Notes under the pieces: generated by a model
The model's input: the letters and a program-made list of their open reading frames with translations, nothing else
Databases searched by the model: none
Told to the model about the DNA's origin: nothing
Program-made: the position numbers and the translations under genes
NCBI GenBank assembly: GCA_902797015.1
Contig: CADBRG010000216.1
Span: 1 to 33,190 of the forward strand
DNA length: 33,190 bases
From: an uncultured Lachnospiraceae bacterium
GTDB taxonomy: Bacteria; Bacillota; Clostridia; Lachnospirales; Lachnospiraceae
Direction of reading: 5' to 3'
Shown: one piece after another, positions 26,114 to 33,190 of the stretch
Layout: every line of letters starts with the position of its first letter
Position numbering within the stretch: the stretch's first letter is position 1

Positions 26114-27433
26114 ATGGGAATCCTGGATGTATTAAAAACAAGAATGGTTTGTGTAGATGGCGGATTCGGAACCGCACTCATCAAATATGGAATGGGGCCG
26201 GGCGAACTCTCCGAACGCTGGAATGTAAACCATCCGGAGGCTGTGATCGAGATTCACAAGTCATTCCTGGATGCAGGCGCAGACATTATTCTGGCCAATA
26301 CTTTTGGTGCGAATGTTTACCATTATGATGACGAAAATGAGATGGAGCAGGTGATCCGTGCCGGCATCGCAAATGCGAAAAAGGCAGTGGAACTGTCCGG
26401 AAAGGAAGCGTTTGTTGCGCTGGACATCGGCTCGACCGGCAAGCTTCTTCCGCCGATGGGATCGCTTCCGTTTGATGAGGCAGTGGATTCATTTGCAAAA
26501 ATGATCCGGATCGGCGCAGATGCAGGCGCAGATCTTGTCTGGGTCGAGACGATGAATGATGTTTACGAGCTGAAAGCAGCAGTGGTCGCAGCAAAAGAAA
26601 ACTGTGATCTGCCTGTTTTTGCAACAGCTGTGTATGATAAAAATGCCCGGATGCTGACGGGAACGAGGCCGGAGACAGTGGTGGCGATGCTCGAAGGTCT
26701 TGGCGTATCCGCACTGGGAATCAACTGCGGTACAGGGCCTGTGGATGCAAGGGCGGCCGTTGAGATCTTATCGGAATATGCAACGGTTCCGCTGATCGTA
26801 AAACCGAATGCCGGTCTGCCGCATGTCGTAGACGGTGTGACCTGCTATGATATCGCACCGGAGGATTTTGCAAAAGAGATGGCAGATCTTGTTACGATCC
26901 CCGGCATCGGAATTGTGGGTGGATGCTGCGGTACGACACCGGAGCATATCCGTGCGGCCTGGGAAGCAGTTAATGCCTGTGTGAGCGGGCCGGTTGTTGT
27001 AGAAGAAAAGGCACATGCACTGATCTCCTCGAGCCAGATGTTTTTGGATATCGCGGACGGAGATTTTGAGCTTGGCACATCGATCGACGCATCGCAGGAT
27101 GAGGACCTTTTAGAGGATCTTCTGGATGGATTTGTCGATTCCGTGATGGACTTGGCAGACGAGGATGCAGACGACGGCGCGGAGGTGTTGAACATCAAAC
27201 TTGCTGCGGAGGGAGTCGATGAGGCTGCGATGACCAAGGAGGCCATCATCGAGCTGCAGAACTTAAATATGCTTCCGATCGCGATCCAGAGCACCGATCC
27301 TGATACCATCCGCGAAGCGCTTCGTATCGTAAACGGAAAGGCGATGGTCAATTTGTCCGGCGCGACACAGGAAGAAATAGAACAGATTATGCCGGTCGTA
27401 GAGAAGTACGGCGCGGAAATCTGGCCGAGGTAA
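26114..27433 (+). CDS. Homocysteine S-methyltransferase family protein (MetH N-terminal domain plus short degenerate pterin-binding-like region, no B12-binding domain)
   Basis: DGGFGT, ANTFGAN, ETM, GINC, KPNAGLP, GGCCGTTPEHI. Only 439 aa; no DxHxxG motif. Confidence 0.88.
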   Translation: MGILDVLKTRMVCVDGGFGTALIKYGMGPGELSERWNVNHPEAVIEIHKSFLDAGADIILANTFGANVYHYDDENEMEQVIRAGIANAKKAVELSGKEAFVALDIGSTGKLLPPMGSLPFDEAVDSFAKMIRIGADAGADLVWVETMNDVYELKAAVVAAKENCDLPVFATAVYDKNARMLTGTRPETVVAMLEGLGVSALGINCGTGPVDARAAVEILSEYATVPLIVKPNAGLPHVVDGVTCYDIAPEDFAKEMADLVTIPGIGIVGGCCGTTPEHIRAAWEAVNACVSGPVVVEEKAHALISSSQMFLDIADGDFELGTSIDASQDEDLLEDLLDGFVDSVMDLADEDADDGAEVLNIKLAAEGVDEAAMTKEAIIELQNLNMLPIAIQSTDPDTIREALRIVNGKAMVNLSGATQEEIEQIMPVVEKYGAEIWPR

Positions 27434-27481
27434 ATATAAAGATCGGACCTTTGCAAATAGGTCCGGATTCTGGTATACAGC

Positions 27482-28405
27482 ATGAAACAGATCGATCTTT
27501 TTAACATCAAATTAAATCATATCCGGATTTTCCTTCTGGCGGTGGAGACGGGCAGCTTTTCCAAAACCGCGGCGGAGCTTCATGTGACGCAGCCGATGGT
27601 GACGAAGACGATTCAGACACTGGAAAAAGAGCTGGACCTGATCCTGTTTTTGCGGGATAAGGGAAAGCTTTTGCTGACGCCTGCGGGAAGGGAACTCTAT
27701 GTGCAGTGGTCGAACCTGTTGCAGTATTTTGAGAACTCGATCGAGGATGCCAGCAGCCAGCAGGAAGGCGTTATGAGCCGGTTTGTTGTAGGTGTCGGCT
27801 ATCTGATGCCGACGGATCATCTGGAGCGGCTGCGCAAGGCATATCGGTCTTTGGCTGAAAATATCAAGGTGCATTTTGAGAGCCGGCCACAGAGTACGGC
27901 ATGGGACAGACTTCGAAATGGTGAAGTGGATATTATTTTGGTATCGGGTCATATCCTGCCGGATGAAAAACCTTCGGATATTGACTGGTGCATCTTGCAG
28001 GAATCGGATCTGGCAGTGTTTGTCTCGAAGGAGAATCCGTTAAGCAGGAAAGAGGAAATCACGTTTGCGGATCTTCGGGAAGAAGAGTTTATTGTATTCT
28101 CTTCTGATACGGACAGCAGATATATGCAGCTTTTGAATCATCTGAGCTCAGAGGCGGGATTTACTCCGCGCATTTCCTGCTATGTGCCGGATGAGTCATC
28201 GTTTGCGATCAATCTCTGGATGAACAACGGGATCGTTCTTGCGGACCAGGCGATGCTGATGGATGATACGGGTGTCAAATGCTTTCCGCTGGAAGGCAGA
28301 GGGAATCATCTGTATCTGGCATGGCGGATCCCGAAGGAGGACCAGCGAAGGCTCGAACTGAAAAAAGTAACGGACGCGATCATAGATGCGTTTCGAAATT
28401 CATGA
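27482..28405 (+). CDS. LysR-family transcriptional regulator
   Basis: GSFSKTAAELHVTQPMVTKTIQTLEKEL...LF.R...LTPAG, followed by a substrate-binding domain. Confidence 0.93.
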   Translation: MKQIDLFNIKLNHIRIFLLAVETGSFSKTAAELHVTQPMVTKTIQTLEKELDLILFLRDKGKLLLTPAGRELYVQWSNLLQYFENSIEDASSQQEGVMSRFVVGVGYLMPTDHLERLRKAYRSLAENIKVHFESRPQSTAWDRLRNGEVDIILVSGHILPDEKPSDIDWCILQESDLAVFVSKENPLSRKEEITFADLREEEFIVFSSDTDSRYMQLLNHLSSEAGFTPRISCYVPDESSFAINLWMNNGIVLADQAMLMDDTGVKCFPLEGRGNHLYLAWRIPKEDQRRLELKKVTDAIIDAFRNS

Positions 28406-28432
28406 AAAGGATCAGAGCCAGTTAGGCAACCC

Positions 28433-28497
28433 ATTCCAAAATGTTATAGGTCAATAAAGAAGGTTCATTTTTCAAAAAATGGACCTTCTTTTATAAT
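28433..28497 (+). promoter_or_regulatory. LysR box plus hairpin overlapping a -10 element
   Basis: ATTCC-N5-GTTAT (T-N11-A, 28433-28447); inverted repeat agaaggttcatttt/aaaatggaccttct; TATAAT at 28492-28497. Confidence 0.5.
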
Positions 28498-28556
28498 GTT
28501 CTTAGATGAAAAATGATATCAATGTGATTATAAAAAGATTTACAGGAGGGACCATT

Positions 28557-29669
28557 ATGAACTCAATGGAAAGATACCAGAAAATGCTGAGTATGACACC
28601 GTATGCTGACCGTTCAGAGATGCCGGTATTCCCGATGATGCTCGTACCGTACGCAACCTTTGCAGGGATGACACAGGCAGAGACAATCGCTGACCCGATG
28701 AAGTGGCTGCAGGCAATGGAGATCACCTTTGAAAAGATCGGCAGACCGGATATCGTTATGCCGATGTGCCCGAGAGATACGATTTTTGTTATGGGTCTTC
28801 CGGCAAGGGTTCCGGGTGTCGACCTGGGTGAGAATGAACTGTATCAGTTCGTTGAGACACCGTTTTTCGATGATCCTTCTGAATACGAAAAGATTCTGCA
28901 GATGGGATGGCAGGCATGGCATGGCATGTACATGTGCCAGATTCAGAATCCGCCGCTGACCAGCCCGGATCAGCTGATGGCTCGTTACGGCCTGATGGGT
29001 GAGACACTGGGGATGACCATGGGTCATATCTACAGCAAGGGCATGGAGCCGGATTTCCACTCTGCGACAGCACCGATCTTTGATACGCTTTCCATGGCGC
29101 GCTCGATGGAAGAGTTCATTTATGATCTGTACGATGATCCGGGCCCGATCATGGATGTCATCAATAAGTTCCAGGCAGAAGCAGATATGCAGACGATCGG
29201 CATGCTGAAAGCAAACCATGGCACACGTGTCGGTTGTTTCGCAATGCGTTCCTGCGCGACCTTCCTGTCACCGGATATGTTTGAAGAGTATGCATGGCCG
29301 GCATTAAAGGGCATGATCGAGCGCTTCCACGAGGCGGGCATCATGATGGTTCTGCATGCAGATGCAGACTGGACACCGATGTTAGAGTACTTCCTGCAGG
29401 TTCCGAAAGGAAGCGTGCATCTTGAGCTGGATGGTATGACCGATATGGAGAAGGCATATGACATCCTCGGCGGATGGCAGACGATCCGTGGTGATGTTCC
29501 GGCGACGATGCTGGCTTATGGTACCGCAGACGAAGTCCGTGAATATTGCGAGAAGCTGATCAACATGGGTATGAAGAAGGGTGGATTCGTACTGGGATCC
29601 GGCTGTGAAGTACCGATGAACGCAAAGATCGAGAATGTAAAGGCGATTATTGATTCTGTAAGAGGATAA
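28557..29669 (+). CDS. Uroporphyrinogen decarboxylase family protein (MtaA/MtbA-like corrinoid methyltransferase superfamily)
   Basis: FLSPDMFEEYAWP, LHADAD, IRGDVPA...GT.DEV, GFVLGSGCEVP.NAK.EN; RBS aggagg. Confidence 0.88.
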   Translation: MNSMERYQKMLSMTPYADRSEMPVFPMMLVPYATFAGMTQAETIADPMKWLQAMEITFEKIGRPDIVMPMCPRDTIFVMGLPARVPGVDLGENELYQFVETPFFDDPSEYEKILQMGWQAWHGMYMCQIQNPPLTSPDQLMARYGLMGETLGMTMGHIYSKGMEPDFHSATAPIFDTLSMARSMEEFIYDLYDDPGPIMDVINKFQAEADMQTIGMLKANHGTRVGCFAMRSCATFLSPDMFEEYAWPALKGMIERFHEAGIMMVLHADADWTPMLEYFLQVPKGSVHLELDGMTDMEKAYDILGGWQTIRGDVPATMLAYGTADEVREYCEKLINMGMKKGGFVLGSGCEVPMNAKIENVKAIIDSVRG

Positions 29670-29693
29670 TACTTGTTAAAATGATTCCGTCAG

Positions 29694-29724
29694 GCAGGGC
29701 TGTGTTATGCAGCTCTGCTTTTTA
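29694..29724 (+). terminator. Intrinsic terminator
   Basis: gcagggctg-loop-cagctctgc followed by ttttt, just after the gene. Confidence 0.6.
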
Positions 29725-29795
29725 TATTGTTTCAAAAAGCATATGGATTTGATATACTATGTTTGAAAACAATTCTTTTAGAGGAGGTGTTTTGT

Positions 29796-30602
29796 ATGAA
29801 GCTGGATTTAAAAGGATTAAAAATCGTATGGATCGGGTATTTGTTAAGCATTGTTGGCAGTCTGTGCAGCAGTTCCGGTGGCAGAAATGCGGTTCAGAAT
29901 TTGTCAGATCTGACTGTTACGGAAAACACTGCCGGTACAGGAGTGGCCGGGACGATCGGTGGTATCATCGGAATCGTTGCGTTTATTTTGGTGATCGTGG
30001 GATTGAGCAAATTAAAAGGTGTTTCACCATATTTTAAAAAGGCGCGTAATCTTCAGATCGTATTATTGATCCTGGCAATTGTATTTGTGATTGTTTTTGC
30101 AGTTGTAATCGTGGCTGCGGTGATCGGAGTAGGTGCAGAGGTTGGAACGGATTCTTTCGGACCGGAACTGGGTGGCGCATTACTGGTAGCAGGTATCGTG
30201 TTGATCATCTTTATGATATTGTTGCTGGTCTTCGGGATCAAATACAATACGAACCTGTTAAAGGGATGCCAGCAGGCGGCTAAGCTATGTGAAGATGCTG
30301 ATCTTGCAAAACGATTCGGGAAGATGCGTAAGCAATATGTTACGGCGATCGGACTGGTTGTGGCAGGCGCGATCGTCATGATCTGTACCATGATCGTTTT
30401 TGGCGCAACGTCTGCAGCAGGCCTGTCACTTGGGTCTGAAAGCCTTCAGACGCTGATCGCGCTCGTTCCGGGGGTTATTCTGATGATCATCGGTGCGATC
30501 ATCATGCTGATCTATACCATTCTGCTTCTGGTACGTATGGCGTTATTATGGAAGTATGACGGAAAGGAAATTCCGCAACAGACTGCGGAGATACAAAATT
30601 AA
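29796..30602 (+). CDS. Hypothetical integral membrane protein (about 6 TM)
   Basis: RBS gaggagg then ATG 29796; alternating hydrophobic helices and basic loops. Confidence 0.8.
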   Translation: MKLDLKGLKIVWIGYLLSIVGSLCSSSGGRNAVQNLSDLTVTENTAGTGVAGTIGGIIGIVAFILVIVGLSKLKGVSPYFKKARNLQIVLLILAIVFVIVFAVVIVAAVIGVGAEVGTDSFGPELGGALLVAGIVLIIFMILLLVFGIKYNTNLLKGCQQAAKLCEDADLAKRFGKMRKQYVTAIGLVVAGAIVMICTMIVFGATSAAGLSLGSESLQTLIALVPGVILMIIGAIIMLIYTILLLVRMALLWKYDGKEIPQQTAEIQN

Positions 30603-30624
30603 TCAAGGCAGATTATTGTTTGAA

Positions 30625-30657
30625 AAACCGGCTGTGCTTTTCGGGCACAGCCGGTTT
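30625..30657. terminator. Bidirectional intrinsic terminator
   Basis: aaaccggctgtgc-loop-gcacagccggttt between convergent genes. Confidence 0.85.
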
Positions 30658-30686
30658 CTTTATGAGAAGTTATTGTGGCAGAGGTA

Positions 30687-31709
30687 TTACACTTGCTCCG
30701 TCATGCAATGACCGTATTTTTCGAGGTTGTACCGGTTGACTTCATCGACAACGATGCCTTTTGTCTTCGGATAGATGGTTCCGAACGGATCGCCGTAGGT
30801 GATGCTGGGAATGAACATTTTCAGATGTCCGTATTCGTCACAGACACGGCGGGTTTCCTTGCGGATCTCTTCTTCTGTAGCGTCCTCGCGGTCGCAGGCC
30901 GAATCCCAGCCGCCCATCAGTGCCATGCGGCCGTTTAAGCGCTCGGTCAGACCGACGATGTCATTGCTTGGCAGTACGCCCTGCCAGATATCAACGCCGA
31001 TGTCTGCCATGTCTTCTGCAATCGGCTCACAGAAGGAGTCGGAGTGGTGCATGACAATGATGTCATTTTCATGCAGGTAATCATAGAAGCGGCGATAGGT
31101 CTCTTTGAAATAGTCGCGCCACATGTCAGGCTCCATGAAGAGCTGTGCATTGCTGCCCCAGTCATCGTGTGAGATGATGAGCTGCGGATGCAGGTTTTCA
31201 ACGATCAGCTTGAAATAGGTCATGCGGTAGTCCGCGATGACTTCGATCATTTCCTTGATCTCGTCAGGATAGAGGATCAGGTTGCAAAGGGTGTCTTCAA
31301 ATGTCATCAGCATGTGAAGCTGCTCAAACACACCGGTTCCCATGATCGTTGCGGAGATGAAGCCTTCGTCTTCGATCTGTTTTTTCTTTGCACGGACTTC
31401 TTCCCAGCCTTCGGAACAGTTTGCGATCAGGTCCGGGACTTTGACATAGTCGCGCCAGTTCTCGATATCCTGGACAACCTGGTTTTCAGTCGTTACGATC
31501 GGTACGGCTGCGGGCTGATCTTCCGGGAAGGAAATGAAGGTGCCCCACTGGTCGATGGAGTCGGTTCCCTTGATGCGGTTGCCGCGGATGAATTTATTGC
31601 ACGGGTCGCCGGTTACTGCTTTGATCGCTGACCAGCCATTTGCCAGACGATTCGGATTGCCGCCGCCTTTTTTGATTGTTTCCAAGAATACTTCGCGTTC
31701 TGTCATCAT
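30687..31709 (-). CDS. Uroporphyrinogen decarboxylase family protein (O-demethylase methyltransferase-I-like)
   Basis: DQWG, GVFEQLH.LM.FED.L, HDDWGS...FM.P, HHSDS, EEEIR.E; RBS aggagg just upstream. Confidence 0.87.
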   Translation of the reverse strand: MMTEREVFLETIKKGGGNPNRLANGWSAIKAVTGDPCNKFIRGNRIKGTDSIDQWGTFISFPEDQPAAVPIVTTENQVVQDIENWRDYVKVPDLIANCSEGWEEVRAKKKQIEDEGFISATIMGTGVFEQLHMLMTFEDTLCNLILYPDEIKEMIEVIADYRMTYFKLIVENLHPQLIISHDDWGSNAQLFMEPDMWRDYFKETYRRFYDYLHENDIIVMHHSDSFCEPIAEDMADIGVDIWQGVLPSNDIVGLTERLNGRMALMGGWDSACDREDATEEEIRKETRRVCDEYGHLKMFIPSITYGDPFGTIYPKTKGIVVDEVNRYNLEKYGHCMTEQV

Positions 31710-31839
31710 GATCATTTCCTCCTGAAAAATCTGTGTGATATCTGACATCAGATTTGGTATTGAAGTGCTTTGGTTTCTTTCTGAATTCATCATATCATCC
31801 CCAAAATGTGTTGAGAAATTCCACATCATACTATCATCT

Positions 31840-31854
31840 ATTCCTGAGCGGAAT
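31840..31854. promoter_or_regulatory. LysR box
   Basis: Perfect ATTCC-N5-GGAAT (T-N11-A) between the URO-D gene and the divergent LysR gene. Confidence 0.55.
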
Positions 31855-31936
31855 GCTTTCAGAATCTGCTTTACAGTTATAGTAGGGTGCTTTATGATAA
31901 AACCGGTTCTTGTGTTATGAAATAGTGGAGATGACT

Positions 31937-32097
31937 ATGATTTATTGTGTTGAAGATGACCAGGGCATCCGGGCAGTATGATCGATGCGGCAGTCCATAC
32001 GAGAACGATCCATGAGACGTTGCGGTTCGAACGTGAGCAGAGTGCATTTTTCGGCACGAAATATCTGGAGTATCAGAAGAAGTATCATCTTGCATAG
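31937..32097 (+). pseudogene. Deletion scar: first 14 codons of a response regulator joined to the last ~39 codons of another gene (possibly a Na/Pi cotransporter)
   Basis: RBS ggag plus MIYCVEDDQGIRAV* (31937-31981), overlapping MIDAAVHTRTIHETLRFEREQSAFFGTKYLEYQKKYHLA* (31978-32097). Confidence 0.55.
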
Positions 32098-32176
32098 AAA
32101 GAAATCCTGTTGGCAACCTGTATCAAAAACGCTAAAATGAAAACATAAGCCGAAAGATACAGGATGGAGAAAGCCA

Positions 32177-33079
32177 ATGCATGAGATTTCTTTGAATAAC
32201 ATTCAGTTACAGGACTTTGAGATATTTCTGGCGGTCGCAGATTACGGCAGTTTTACGAAGGCCGGTGAGAAGCTTTTTGTAACACAGAGCTGGGTGAGTA
32301 AGCGGATGAATCTGCTTGAGTCGGAGCTAGGTCTGCAGCTGTTTATCCGCAGCAGGAATCATATGAGTCTGACTCCGGCGGGAGAGTATCTGCGGGAGCG
32401 CCTGCATTTTGGACAGAATTATCTGCGGGAATCGATTCAGGAAGCAAACCGCATCCAGACCGGTATTTCCGGAGCGATCCGCATCGGGATTCTGGAGTGG
32501 GCAACAAACGTATTGCTTTCACCGCTGCAGGATTTTGTGAAAGAAAACCCGCAGATTTCCGTGGACATTCATTGTCAGCAGTTTCAGGAGATGCGGGAGG
32601 ATCTGCGGTATGGAAATACAGATCTGATCTTTACACTGGAATATGACAACATCAGTTTTTTGAAAACGGAGATCTCTAGTGCAAGATTGTGCGAAGCGCA
32701 GATGATGGCATATATGAACCGGATGCATCCGTTGGCCGGCAGGGAGAGCATCACGATCCGGGATCTGCAGTCGGAGGAGATGCTGCTTTTGTACGACCAC
32801 AGCTCGAGCGGATATAATGAATTTGTTAATCGCCTGTTCCGGCAGGAAAAGATCCGCCCGCTGGTATCACAGTACGCGGCAAGCGGACGGGCACATCTGG
32901 TAAATCTGATGTTTGGAAGAGGGATCCTGATCGCAAGCAAGTTTTTCCTGGGAGAGGAATATCAGAATCAGATCTGTGCAGTGCCGATCGAGGGTTTGCA
33001 GACCTATATTACGGCAGTCTGGAAGAAGGATCATCCGAATCCGGTGATTCCGATGGTGCTGCAGGCAATGGGAAGGTAA
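32177..33079 (+). CDS. LysR-family transcriptional regulator
   Basis: GSFTKAGEKLFVTQSWVSKRMNLLESELG..LF.R....LTPAG. Confidence 0.93.
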   Translation: MHEISLNNIQLQDFEIFLAVADYGSFTKAGEKLFVTQSWVSKRMNLLESELGLQLFIRSRNHMSLTPAGEYLRERLHFGQNYLRESIQEANRIQTGISGAIRIGILEWATNVLLSPLQDFVKENPQISVDIHCQQFQEMREDLRYGNTDLIFTLEYDNISFLKTEISSARLCEAQMMAYMNRMHPLAGRESITIRDLQSEEMLLLYDHSSSGYNEFVNRLFRQEKIRPLVSQYAASGRAHLVNLMFGRGILIASKFFLGEEYQNQICAVPIEGLQTYITAVWKKDHPNPVIPMVLQAMGR

Positions 33080-33104
33080 AGATAAAAGGTGCGCTGTCAG
33101 AAAG

Positions 33105-33190
33105 TGATATGCTACCCCCAAGTAGGACAATGAAATATAAAACCTACTTGGGGGTATTTCTATGTCCAGAAAAAGTAAGATTGATCCTGA
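33105..33190 (+). mobile_element. Left end of a probable IS3-family (IS150-like) insertion sequence, with the start of orfA (33162 onward)
   Basis: Begins TGATATGCTACCCCC; 14-bp perfect inverted repeat (33113-33126 / 33143-33156); ORF MSRKSKIDP runs off the window. Confidence 0.65.

Noticed and set aside
27443-27481. Promoter TTGCAA-17-TATACA giving a leaderless LysR mRNA
   Set aside because: The -10 box ends only 2 nt before the ATG, too close for a normal start site. The overlapping cggacct/aggtccg repeat may simply be a terminator or operator.

Overview
Chromosomal window from a Firmicute, most likely Clostridia/Lachnospiraceae-like (inferred from gene content). Left to right: (1) the tail of a mobile element, with a relaxase-like ORF end, 23-bp iteron-like repeats and nested inverted repeats; (2) a BceRS/BceAB-type peptide-antibiotic resistance module whose ATPase is split by a 1-bp frameshift; (3) an AT-richer accessory island of about 3 kb (5.6-8.6 kb) with no integrase. 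The island carries a truncated DUF4417-like gene coupled to a frameshift-hidden polymorphic-toxin-like gene and its probable immunity gene. It also carries an AAA ATPase gene bracketed by 128-bp direct repeats, and a degenerate tRNA-3'-end att core with arm-type repeats on both sides; (4) a small K+ channel gene and two tandem YhgE/Pip proteins; (5) an incomplete anaerobic cobalamin operon (cbiD, cbiG, cbiJ-ET, cbiA, cobU-like x2, cobS, cbiB), led by a 2-hydroxyacid dehydrogenase and interrupted by an AlbA_2/Schlafen-like gene; (6) a truncated MetH-like methyltransferase, two LysR regulators and two URO-D/MtaA-family proteins; (7) a collapsed response-regulator/transporter scar and the left end of an IS3-family element. 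The best candidates for something undescribed are the DUF4417 + leader-toxin + immunity module and the repeat-bounded, att-associated cassette structure. All family calls come from motif recognition by eye; no database search was run.
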